From a virus, in IMG/VR virus record IMGVR_UViG_3300036715_002161, positions 74,037 to 138,036 of that record: 64,000 nt of DNA. One strand, 5' to 3'. Made by a program: the position numbers and the translations under genes. Of this stretch, positions 18,090 to 26,969 are shown one piece after another; the first letter of the stretch is position 1, and each line of letters begins with the position of its first letter. The notes under the pieces are model-generated. The model saw only the letters and a list, made by a program, of their open reading frames with translations, searched no databases and was not told where the DNA came from.

Positions 18090-19400
18090 ATGTCTACTTC
18101 ATATTCGTACCCAGAAAGAGTCCAACAGTCTGTAACCAACACCCCTGGAACAGGGTCTTTCATCCTCGGAGCTCCCGTGGTTGGCTTTACCTCCATGGCC
18201 GCAGACTCTACTCTTGAATCAGTTATTATTACTGAAGGTAGTACTTGGGAAGTACGTAAAGATTGTATCTATACTCAAAATAATCTAACCCTGACTCGTG
18301 GTACTTTGGTAGCTTCTAGTAGCGGTGGCACCATTACTTTTTCTGGTGCTTGTATTGTAGCAGTTGGTCTCAGTGGAAGCTCGGAGGGCCTTAAGCAGAC
18401 CCGGATCAATTCTCTGGAAGGGAAAGTTTCTCAATTTTATACCAACAAAAGTAACTTTCCATCTCCGACTGGGGTGGTCGATGTTTTATATGTAGACAAA
18501 TCTACTAATATAATCTGGGTTTGGAACGGCTCTGCCTATGCTTCTACCCCTATGGCAGTAGACGTCAATAATAACTTTATTGCCCAGATTGCCCCCAGAA
18601 CTGGGACTATATCTAACTTGATGGGCATATTCAATGCAGCCTCTGGTGAGATTGCACGGACTACTGACTTTACTGCCAAGGTTTTATATCCAACTACAGT
18701 CGGTGGTACACCGGTACTTGAGCCTGCCAACAAATTTATTGGCTATTTGTGGGTGCCGCTCAGTGGGAATACCGGAATTACCAATAACGGCGCAATTTCA
18801 CTAAATACTACCGGTGCAATCATAGATCCTAATATTGCCTCTCTTGTCACTGTCAATACTAGTAATATAGATTTATCAGCTCTAAATACCCTGTTCACAG
18901 GGTATCTCTCACATGTTAATATTTCCGGCAGAATACACTATTCAAGTCAGACCGACTCAGAGGGCTTTAATAGGGGTGTAAAGGTCCTTATAGGGGGAGC
19001 AGCCAATTCTCTTTTCACTAATGCAACACTTACTGTTGAGGCAAGACAAGGCGCATCTTTTAATGGTACTATTTCTGGGAATACCTTGACAGTAACCGGT
19101 GTGTTTTATGGTAATATTATTATTGGCTCTGTTATTGCTGGGACTGGGGTTACTGCTGGTAGTAAAATCACAGCCTATGGCGCAACTCCTGGGCAGTATA
19201 CTCTATCGGCAGCAAGCACAGTATCCACTGCAACCAAAATGACCATAGACAGTAGGGACACTATAATCAATATTAATGAGAATTTAGATATGACTGCTCC
19301 TACTAACTTTTTAGGCTTTTCTGCAAACCATAATGCCGTTACCCTAATGCCCAACATATCAACTGCCGGGTACATTACCATCTCAATCTACTCGATATAA
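18090..19400 (+). CDS. Tail fibre/spike-like protein
   Basis: ERVQQSVTNTPGTGSFILG...WEV...LTRGT N-terminal anchor; SFNGTISGNTLTVT...GTGVTAG module; GCTAAAATA at 18061. Confidence 0.7.
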   Translation: MSTSYSYPERVQQSVTNTPGTGSFILGAPVVGFTSMAADSTLESVIITEGSTWEVRKDCIYTQNNLTLTRGTLVASSSGGTITFSGACIVAVGLSGSSEGLKQTRINSLEGKVSQFYTNKSNFPSPTGVVDVLYVDKSTNIIWVWNGSAYASTPMAVDVNNNFIAQIAPRTGTISNLMGIFNAASGEIARTTDFTAKVLYPTTVGGTPVLEPANKFIGYLWVPLSGNTGITNNGAISLNTTGAIIDPNIASLVTVNTSNIDLSALNTLFTGYLSHVNISGRIHYSSQTDSEGFNRGVKVLIGGAANSLFTNATLTVEARQGASFNGTISGNTLTVTGVFYGNIIIGSVIAGTGVTAGSKITAYGATPGQYTLSAASTVSTATKMTIDSRDTIININENLDMTAPTNFLGFSANHNAVTLMPNISTAGYITISIYSI

Positions 19401-19403
19401 TGA

Positions 19404-20720
19404 ATGAATATTCTATTCTCTCCCGGGGCTCCTTTAATAAGGGGTTTTAATCCACAAGATGATTTTACTTACACCGTCACGCAAAACCCTGGTGCTGCCG
19501 TAACCACCACCACTAGTGGACAATTATATGATGCTAATGTAACTCATTACTATAACTCAGGTATTCCAAATAACTTTGACATCTCCATACAGCAGTCTCT
19601 TACTAACCCGATCAAGTCTATGTCGATTACCCCTGTTCCACCGACTTTGGCAACCATAGACTTGCAAGGTCATGTTACCTATAGTGGCCAGGAAACGGCT
19701 GTTTTTGAAATACAATCAGGAGGTATAACCCGCCGTTACTTTCAATGGATGCAGTCTATCGGATTCGTAGATAACTATTACACTACCAGCTACTTGCCAA
19801 ACTCCCTTGGTGAACATATAAGTTCGTCAACGGATGCTCTCCTGATTGGAAAAGTGGCGCAAGGACAAACTAGCGGCTTGGCTTGGAATCTGAGTTACCC
19901 ACAATCAGGTGGTAGTCAGAACCGACTGCTAAATTGTAACTATGATGTAAATGCTATAGCGGCTGATATTAACCCTAACTTTTTTGGTAAGGATATTTTA
20001 AATATCTCAGCAGTAGGCATTGTCAATACTCATGGTAGTACCGTCTTCAACGAACATCCGGGACTGTTGATTACACCAAGGCATATCTTTGGTGCCAACC
20101 ACTACCAAACTGGAAATGGTGTAATCGGCTCTAAAATAGTATTTATGGCTAACGATGGTAGTTTCCAAGTCAGAACCCTGATTGATAAATGGTCAGATTC
20201 AGGTAGAGATCATTGGCTCGGATACTTAGACGCCCCAGTAACAGGTATACCTGTTTTGAAAATCATGCCAACTGGTTGGAGAACATACTTTAAAAGCCTC
20301 GATACCTCATTAGGTCCATATAAGGGTATAGTTGCTGTAATAAGTAAAACCACGCATCTAGCCAATGGTACTGGTAACAGTGACCGTTGGGCAGTCAATG
20401 ACTATCAGCAGTATATAATAAATTTTAGTGGTAGCGTCTGGGATTTTACTTCATGTGATACATCAACCTCTAGTCCAAGAAGTACATGGAATAGTCTCAT
20501 CTCCGGTGGGGATAGTGGTGGAGGAGTGTTCCTCCTCGTACAAAATTCACTGGTATTGATTAGTGCCTATGTATTTCCTGGAGGAGGTTACTCTATAGAA
20601 CAAAATTCATCTAGACTTGAATCCCAGATGCTCCTGCTCAGTACTAATAATGGTGGTAGTACTGCCGCTGTTGACAATACGTTTACCCGAGCCGATCTAA
20701 GTTCATTTACGACGTATTAG
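19404..20720 (+). CDS. Virion-associated protein with trypsin-like serine protease domain
   Basis: GLLITPRHIFGANH (His), RDHWLG (Asp), SGGDSGGGVF (Ser). Confidence 0.75.
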   Translation: MNILFSPGAPLIRGFNPQDDFTYTVTQNPGAAVTTTTSGQLYDANVTHYYNSGIPNNFDISIQQSLTNPIKSMSITPVPPTLATIDLQGHVTYSGQETAVFEIQSGGITRRYFQWMQSIGFVDNYYTTSYLPNSLGEHISSSTDALLIGKVAQGQTSGLAWNLSYPQSGGSQNRLLNCNYDVNAIAADINPNFFGKDILNISAVGIVNTHGSTVFNEHPGLLITPRHIFGANHYQTGNGVIGSKIVFMANDGSFQVRTLIDKWSDSGRDHWLGYLDAPVTGIPVLKIMPTGWRTYFKSLDTSLGPYKGIVAVISKTTHLANGTGNSDRWAVNDYQQYIINFSGSVWDFTSCDTSTSSPRSTWNSLISGGDSGGGVFLLVQNSLVLISAYVFPGGGYSIEQNSSRLESQMLLLSTNNGGSTAAVDNTFTRADLSSFTTY

Positions 20721-20725
20721 ACCAG

Positions 20726-20917
20726 GTGGAAAAGTGTAAGGTATGCCTTGTATGTTCAATCCTGATTTCCGAATGTGAAGACACCGGAGATGCTTCAGCC
20801 AGAGTTAAGGAAGTTTTATCACGAATCTACTCAAACCACAAAGAAGAAATAGATGTCTTAATGGCTGAAAAAAATCTCTCTGAAGTAGAATTCAAGTCTA
20901 CCACGACCTACTCTTAG
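20726..20917 (+). CDS. Hypothetical protein
   Basis: Last ORF before the convergent terminator. Confidence 0.45.
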   Translation: MEKCKVCLVCSILISECEDTGDASARVKEVLSRIYSNHKEEIDVLMAEKNLSEVEFKSTTTYS

Positions 20918-20919
20918 CT

Positions 20920-20950
20920 AAAAAAAACGCCCAAACCACGGGCATTTTTT
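20920..20950. terminator. Bidirectional intrinsic terminator
   Basis: A-tract, GCCC-loop-GGGC stem, T-tract, located where + and - gene blocks converge. Confidence 0.8.
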
Positions 20951-21688
20951 CTAGATTTCTACTACCAATTCCTGGATATATTCAGGGTTTAGCCTTATAG
21001 GTTCATATCCATAAGGGTTACAGATAACTCTGGTTTCTCCGATTTTATAGTCAAAGGAGTCATGAGTATGCCCGTGAATCCAGACCTCCGGTTGGTACTC
21101 CATAATCAATCTATCCAGGCTATTACTAAAGCAGTCATTTAAAAGGTCTCCTTTAAATCTGGCCGGAATGGATTGAAGACTAGGAGTATGATGGGTCACC
21201 ACTACAGTTTTAACCTTAGTATCCAAGGCATCTTTCAAGAACTCGACAGTATTACTGTTCTCTAGTACTGTGTCTTCTACCCTAAGTCCTTTAATAACCC
21301 TATAATCTGAGAAGTATTTCTGGACTTCCCACTTTCTAGGCTCTTCTATATTAGTCCAAAGAGTGTCTCCGATAAATCTAATCCCTTCGAAGAAAAACTC
21401 ATCTCCAGCCTGTAGGATCACACAGTTGGATAGGTCAGAGTATCTTTTTTTAAAGGCTTCCTTGGAGTATTGACTTCCGTAAAACTCGTGATTACCCGAC
21501 ACCATGACAAAAGTCTTGTCTGGATTCTCAATAAAGATTTCTCTGAGGCGATCTATAGACTCATGGCTGGAGGAGGTCATATCCCCGGCCATGACAACCA
21601 AGTCTGCCTCTTTGCTAATAGTAATCCCTAGACTATCAATAGGTCTAAGAAATTCAAGATGGACATCTGACATTACTTGAAACTTCAT
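20951..21688 (-). CDS. Calcineurin-like metallophosphoesterase
   Basis: SDVHLE, AGD, GNHE, THH, HGHTH. Confidence 0.92.
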   Translation of the reverse strand: MKFQVMSDVHLEFLRPIDSLGITISKEADLVVMAGDMTSSSHESIDRLREIFIENPDKTFVMVSGNHEFYGSQYSKEAFKKRYSDLSNCVILQAGDEFFFEGIRFIGDTLWTNIEEPRKWEVQKYFSDYRVIKGLRVEDTVLENSNTVEFLKDALDTKVKTVVVTHHTPSLQSIPARFKGDLLNDCFSNSLDRLIMEYQPEVWIHGHTHDSFDYKIGETRVICNPYGYEPIRLNPEYIQELVVEI

Positions 21689-21959
21689 TTTTTTCTCCTG
21701 CTAAAAATTCGCCCAAAAGAGCTGAATAGGCTGCTGCATCAACATAGTCATCAGCCCTAAAAGAACCTTGACGACCACGTACTAGTTTTAATAATATCAT
21801 AAACTCCCAGCCTTCGGCCTCTGTAAGTAAATGGCCAGTAAGGGAATTGAATACCTCGACTATGGTCTTCATACTACGTTCACCTTCTGGTTTATCTCGT
21901 TGACTACCTCGGTCTTTCATTTCAGAGGCAGCCTTCTCTAGGAAGTTAATTGCTTTCAT
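21654..21959 (-). CDS. Conserved phage protein (DUF6378-like, all-alpha NTP pyrophosphatase-like)
   Basis: GWEFMILLKLVR...DDYVDAAAYSAL. Confidence 0.7.
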   Translation of the reverse strand: MKAINFLEKAASEMKDRGSQRDKPEGERSMKTIVEVFNSLTGHLLTEAEGWEFMILLKLVRGRQGSFRADDYVDAAAYSALLGEFLAGEKNEVSSNVRCPS

Positions 21960-22045
21960 ATTGTTTAGATTTGAATATAGGCCTATGGTTGAATTTAAAA
22001 AGGGAAGTAGGTACCCTAGGTTAGGTCTTGGTATTTAAACCTCTC

Positions 22046-22390
22046 CTAGTGAAGAATCGTCCGTGTTAGGATATTCGGTTCAGTCTCCAGGTACTTAATA
22101 TAGGGTAGATTATCTGTGGCCTCCAAGATTCTTATAGTAGTTTCTTTATCATAGGCCTCATTACCACAGTCAGAGCAAACATATGCATTAACCATTAATG
22201 ATCTAGGCTCTTGGTCTAAGGGTGTTTCTAAAAAGACCTCGTGGTCTTTAACTAACTCTACTGTTCCTTCTCCACCACAATCATTACAATCAGAACTATC
22301 TATATCTTGTAGTCCAAATTCTTCCTGTGTATTAGACAAGGCTCGACGAATTGCTTCTTTTTCTACTTCATTAGTAACTTCGGTCTTCAT
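22046..22390 (-). CDS. Zinc-ribbon protein (YgiT/MqsA-type)
   Basis: CNDCGG ... AYVCSDCGNE. Confidence 0.6.
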   Translation of the reverse strand: MKTEVTNEVEKEAIRRALSNTQEEFGLQDIDSSDCNDCGGEGTVELVKDHEVFLETPLDQEPRSLMVNAYVCSDCGNEAYDKETTIRILEATDNLPYIKYLETEPNILTRTILH

Positions 22391-22415
22391 GATGATCTCC
22401 CATAGATTCTTAATA

Positions 22416-22929
22416 TTTTAGGTTTGTCAAAGCCCTTTTCCAAACTTTTCGTTTGAAATCAAGTACTTACCTTCCCAACTGACAAACTGACAAACTTTCT
22501 TGAAAAAAATGCCCCCACCTCTCTATAAAAAGCTCTATTAGAACGAAAGTACGACAACCTCTATATATATATATAATATAATATAATATAATATATATAT
22601 ATAGAACAAGGGGTTAGCTCTTTTTTGTAGAGACCCAGGCTTTTCCTTTTATAAAGGTTGGCAAATAATTTTATGCTGTAGACAGAAAAGATGTGCCATT
22701 TTCACGAAAAGTTTTGTCAGTTTGTCAATAATGGGGTTAAGTGCTTGATTTTAAAAAGAAATCCAACTGACAAAACTATTTTCCCATTTGTCAATAACTG
22801 ACAAAGTATAGATAACTCTTTGTTTTAATTAACTTTTTTAATTTGTCCATTTTGTCAATAAAATCCAAAAATTGACAAACTGACAAAATGCCTCTGACAG
22901 ACTTTTGGAGTTTTGTCAGTAATTTGTCA
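22416..22929. repeat. 514-bp inverted repeat, left copy; origin-like (TGACAAA iterons, AT core, two IHF-consensus sites)
   Basis: Reverse complement of 55984-56497 with about 7 substitutions and one AT-unit shift. Confidence 0.97.
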
Positions 22930-22935
22930 TAGACT

Positions 22936-22964
22936 AAAAAAAACCAGAGATGCTTTTCTGGTTT
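22936..22964 (-). terminator. Intrinsic terminator
   Basis: - strand AAACCAGA-AAAGCATC-TCTGGTTT followed by a T run. Confidence 0.75.
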
Positions 22965-23485
22965 CCTTATTCCTTTACTCATCCAATTTATTGAACCCGT
23001 TTATGCATATATCTCTATACTCCAGTACCAGGTACCAGCTCCTGGTTACCGGATCTGGGGGCTCGCCCCGTCAGGATTCTGAAAATATAAGAATAGGTGT
23101 TACACCTATTAACTACTTGTTTACAAATTACTAAAGGAAAAACAGATATACTTAAAAAATTTTACCTATCGCATGGGGGTGCCAGTAGATAGGAAGAGCT
23201 CAATATGCCGTTACAACATACATCTTACCTGTACTAGATACTATATCTATATTCAATTTACAAAATAAGTAAAGACTTTAAAGACCTTCTTTACTTACTT
23301 TGCTGAGATGAACTCAAATTTCTCATATCTCGATATGAGCGTTGGACCGTAGCGGATATATTAAAAAACGTAGCCAGAGGCGTAGTGTTTAATATGGAGC
23401 GGTGGGTCCAGAGCTCATATCGAGAAAGTTAAACGAGGACGTTAAGCATCCTCTAACCACTCATCATGGTAGTACTTCATCCCAA
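22936..23485 (-). ncRNA. Candidate large structured non-coding RNA (~550 nt)
   Basis: Bounded by phage promoter (23490-23518) and terminator; no long sense ORF; about ten hairpins with G-U pairs that work only on the - strand. Confidence 0.65.
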
Positions 23486-23489
23486 AGTC

Positions 23490-23518
23490 CTTATACCAGG
23501 TTTTTAGAAATTATCTAA
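23490..23518 (-). promoter_or_regulatory. Phage promoter TTAGATA-N13-TGGTATAAG
   Basis: One of about 10 copies of the bipartite motif. Confidence 0.8.
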
Positions 23519-23860
23519 ACAGTTCCCGATTTTTTTAAGTACGTTACTTGGGACCCTTTCTTCAAACATTGGAAATCCGTATGCCTCATTATTAGAATTC
23601 CATAAGGCGGTTTCGATATTGAGCATGGTACTAGTTTCATGGTTATAATTGATCAAATGAAACACCTGCCCAGAGTCCATCTTTTCTGTGGCAACTTCTC
23701 TTCCATTTTTAAAACAGAAAAGTTCGTCGTCTCTACAGAGGGCTATGGCCACTTCGGCCCTGTTAGCCTCTGGTTGAAGCTTAACTTTAAACGTTACTCC
23801 ACCCTTAGGCTCCCAACTACTTGTCCTAAGATGTCGATAAAAAATCATTTCTTTGTTCAT
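23504..23860 (-). CDS. Hypothetical conserved phage protein
   Basis: KGGVT...VAIALCRDDELFCFKNGREVA pattern seen in phage proteins. Confidence 0.6.
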   Translation of the reverse strand: MNKEMIFYRHLRTSSWEPKGGVTFKVKLQPEANRAEVAIALCRDDELFCFKNGREVATEKMDSGQVFHLINYNHETSTMLNIETALWNSNNEAYGFPMFEERVPSNVLKKIGNCLDNF

Positions 23861-24329
23861 TTAAGTATCCTAAAAATGCTAAACATATAGCATCGGCTTC
23901 ATGATCTGATTTAAGTTTTTTTCCATAAATCAATTCAGCAGCGGCCAATGAAAACTCTTTGTTGAAGGAATTGCCTGGATTAGTAAAACCATGATCTCTA
24001 ACCAGTATTTTGCACAGGGTTGATTTCCAATCTATGGCCCTTACCATTTGTACTGGTATTTCTTTAGACTCAAAGTAGAATACCAAGGCCCCTATCATCA
24101 TAAGTATATACTCAGATGCTCCTGAATTTACCCCACTATATCCTACATATCTCTCCATTACAACCGAAGAAATTGAGTAGTCTTGGAGCAGGGTTTCCAG
24201 GCCGGAAATAAAACCAGTAATACCTTGGTCCCTTGGTTTGCCACTATACCTAAGGACAACCTCTCCCTCTGGACTGATTATTCCTAGTCCAAAAGAAGCC
24301 CAACCTGGATCAATACCAAGGGCGAACAT
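23826..24329 (-). CDS. ruvC: RuvC-like Holliday junction resolvase
   Basis: LGIDPG, VVMER, DHEADAICLA. Confidence 0.85.
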   Translation of the reverse strand: MFALGIDPGWASFGLGIISPEGEVVLRYSGKPRDQGITGFISGLETLLQDYSISSVVMERYVGYSGVNSGASEYILMMIGALVFYFESKEIPVQMVRAIDWKSTLCKILVRDHGFTNPGNSFNKEFSLAAAELIYGKKLKSDHEADAICLAFLGYLNEQRNDFLSTS

Positions 24330-25320
24330 ACATTATCTCATCAAACTCCCCAAGACTTGGTTGCTGAGTTTTGAAGTACTGACTTCTGGCCACTTCAAAA
24401 CTAATTGGTTTTTCAGGCCTTTTCAATAGATTGGCAGCAATATTTTCAAGACTATTTTGAAAGACAACGGCCACAGTACGAAGCCCTGCCTCATTAGCCA
24501 CTGTCAAAAACTCCTTGCGGGACTTGATTGAAACATGGCAGTTGTCTACAAATCGGACCGGGTCTTCCTGCTTGACAAACTTATTAAACTCCTTTAATAC
24601 TTTACCACTAAAGCCAGAGTCTTCTGTGGAATGTTTCCAGGCTTCTTGGTAATTTCCAGGATACCAGTCCAGTCTAAGGGTGTCCATACTAAAGATGGGC
24701 CCATCCCTTTGACCCAACCAGGTACTCTTGCCGGACCCCGAACATCCAATCATGAATAAAATTTCATTTAATTTTATATCTGGTTCTGGCAAGGTCACAG
24801 GATTTTTAAGCCAAAACTCTGCCAAAAAAATCTTTTCCTTATGATTATCTGAGATTCTTCCTCGGCAGTCAGCCATAATTACCTTGGAGTATAAATCCCA
24901 GTCAATAGTGGCCTGTGCCCACTCAGGCTTGACCTTATAGTATAGGTGATTTTCAATCAGCCATATGACTTTACCCAGGTCAAACCCGAAAGGAATATTA
25001 TCCCTATTGGTAATCAGCCAGTCTTCGGCCAATCGGGCAGAAATAAGCTCATGGCCATAAAATACAGACCTACCTTCTTTATCTCTCTTGGCTTCCGGTT
25101 TGCCAGCATCATGGAAGGCCACGGCCAAAAAGCCTGAGGCCAGGTCAGTATTAGAAAGATCGATGTCGGACCTAAGGTATTCCTGTACTACCATGTCAGT
25201 ATGAACTAGCACTGACTCCTCCCTATGCCATTCAGAGTCTTCCCGACACAGACCCATTATACGAAACAATGGATCCGGCCTCAGAACTTCTTGATAGAAG
25301 TTCAGTAGGGTTTCTTTCAT
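24310..25320 (-). CDS. HD-domain plus P-loop polynucleotide kinase-like protein
   Basis: WHREESVLVHT, FHDAGK, FYGHELISA; GCSGSGKST Walker A. Confidence 0.85.
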   Translation of the reverse strand: MKETLLNFYQEVLRPDPLFRIMGLCREDSEWHREESVLVHTDMVVQEYLRSDIDLSNTDLASGFLAVAFHDAGKPEAKRDKEGRSVFYGHELISARLAEDWLITNRDNIPFGFDLGKVIWLIENHLYYKVKPEWAQATIDWDLYSKVIMADCRGRISDNHKEKIFLAEFWLKNPVTLPEPDIKLNEILFMIGCSGSGKSTWLGQRDGPIFSMDTLRLDWYPGNYQEAWKHSTEDSGFSGKVLKEFNKFVKQEDPVRFVDNCHVSIKSRKEFLTVANEAGLRTVAVVFQNSLENIAANLLKRPEKPISFEVARSQYFKTQQPSLGEFDEIMYVRPWY

Positions 25321-26969
25321 AGGTTGTTTACCCTTTCTCTAATTTCAGTAATAGTTTGAAACTTGGTGATTTCACCATCCTTAAAGACAGTTTCTAGACA
25401 ACCAGTTTTTTCCTGTTCTGGAGTTTGTTGATCGTATAGGACATATTTTCCATTTTCCTTTTCAACTCTTAAAAGACCTTTGGCTGATTTCTTGGTGCCT
25501 GAATCAGTGGCTGGATCTTTTACAAGTTCTACGGATTGACCTTGGATAACTCCATGGGTTGCTTTCATTGCAAATCCCAGAGAGTCTCTGGTTACATAGT
25601 TATAGGTGTATGACCCAATACCAAAAACCACGTTATCACTACAAAACCCTTTTTCCTCCAAACGCCTAAAGATTTCCTCGGCCCGTGCCAATGTAATTGA
25701 ATCACCATAGATCAAACCAATATGGCTATCCAACATCTTATACCCAGTGTCAGTTACAACTCCTCCGAAGATTTCCCAAAGACATTCTACAGCTCCTTTT
25801 AGCTCTGGGGTAAGAGTGGTTATTTCTAAGTTAACAGGATTAATATCATCATAGAGATTAACCCTATATAAGTTACCTTTCCAATGGAAATAAGTAAGGC
25901 CATCGGACCACATTGGGTTTACACCTGTTTCTAATTGAATCTTATCTAAATATCTCAAGGCCTCATTCATGGTATTCCCGACCGCATCAATTATTTTTAC
26001 CCCACAGATAATTTCTACGGGATCGCCAGAGTCAGGTCTTAAGACGGTTTTAGACTGGCCAATACCATTTGCGGGTCTGGCCAAAATCTCCTCCTTAAGC
26101 TCAGGGAGATACTCGGTAATAACCTTCCAAAAATCCCAGGTGTCAGAAACGATAGATACAATGCCTGTAGGATAGACTTCACTAATGAGTCTACGGAAGG
26201 TTTCAATTTCTGTTTCCTTGCTACCCATACACATTACAGAATGTTCCGTCGCAGGGACACTTCCCCCAAGGAAAGTATCCAAACCGTTGTAGTAGTCTTC
26301 TAGGTAGTCTAAGGATGGTACGGTATCAGTTCCTGAGAAACAGGTCAAATGGGCAGCTCCACTCTTGGCTGCATCCTGCATTGAACTCATACCTCTCATT
26401 GAGAAGTCGTGGCATTGCCATCCTTTGAAACCAGGGTGGCCCCCAGTCAGTGCAGAATATTTGTCAACCAGTTTTTTATAACCAAGGGCTGTGGTGGCCG
26501 AGGTAATTGGCTTCCACAATTCTACAGAAAACAAAGTTTCCAGATAGGTAACCAACCAGGCAAAGTGTGGATCGGTATTGGTCACAGTAAAGACCGGAAC
26601 TTTAAAGGGAACCATGCTTCCCTCTGGAAGGGCCTTAATTTCCAAAGGTAAGTATCCAAGTTCCCACAAGGCTTTGATATGATCGGTTCCGACCAGTCCG
26701 GGCCCAAGGGCTTTGTCCATTCTAGCCTTATATCGGTCAAGAATGTTTTCAATTGGTTTCCTGAAGAAATTATCTTTCCACAGGTCAATTAGAGTTGATT
26801 GCATGAACCCTTGAAGGCCGAAGAACAATACTCCTTCTACACCCTCTTGTAGAAAGTAGCTACCACTCCTGGGAGTGAAGTTGGAATAAATCTTTTCAGT
26901 TCCTTTCGGGTACTGGCTGATGTGGCCGGACTTATAGAAGTCGATTTGATGTTCTGGGCGAATATTCAT
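25317..26969 (-). CDS. nadV: Nicotinamide phosphoribosyltransferase-like (Namat/NadV)
   Basis: DFYKSGH, HDFSMRG, SVPATEHS, SIVSDTWD, RPDSGDP, IYGDSIT, KKSAKG. Confidence 0.93.
   Translation of the reverse strand: MNIRPEHQIDFYKSGHISQYPKGTEKIYSNFTPRSGSYFLQEGVEGVLFFGLQGFMQSTLIDLWKDNFFRKPIENILDRYKARMDKALGPGLVGTDHIKALWELGYLPLEIKALPEGSMVPFKVPVFTVTNTDPHFAWLVTYLETLFSVELWKPITSATTALGYKKLVDKYSALTGGHPGFKGWQCHDFSMRGMSSMQDAAKSGAAHLTCFSGTDTVPSLDYLEDYYNGLDTFLGGSVPATEHSVMCMGSKETEIETFRRLISEVYPTGIVSIVSDTWDFWKVITEYLPELKEEILARPANGIGQSKTVLRPDSGDPVEIICGVKIIDAVGNTMNEALRYLDKIQLETGVNPMWSDGLTYFHWKGNLYRVNLYDDINPVNLEITTLTPELKGAVECLWEIFGGVVTDTGYKMLDSHIGLIYGDSITLARAEEIFRRLEEKGFCSDNVVFGIGSYTYNYVTRDSLGFAMKATHGVIQGQSVELVKDPATDSGTKKSAKGLLRVEKENGKYVLYDQQTPEQEKTGCLETVFKDGEITKFQTITEIRERVNNL

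Noticed and set aside
22416-22929. TTGACA hexamers in the repeat as sigma70 -35 boxes
   Set aside because: They belong to the TGACAAA iteron set in both orientations, and those I checked lack a properly spaced -10.
22791-23134. ORFs 22791-22982 (-) and 22913-23134 (+)
   Set aside because: They overlap the iteron repeat, terminator and hairpin region, lack an RBS, and look like chance frames.
22936-23485. tmRNA, RNase P RNA, group I/II intron or retron msr-msd identity for the large RNA candidate
   Set aside because: No tRNA-like ends, recognisable catalytic core motifs, interrupted gene or nearby reverse transcriptase seen; an Rfam search is still needed.
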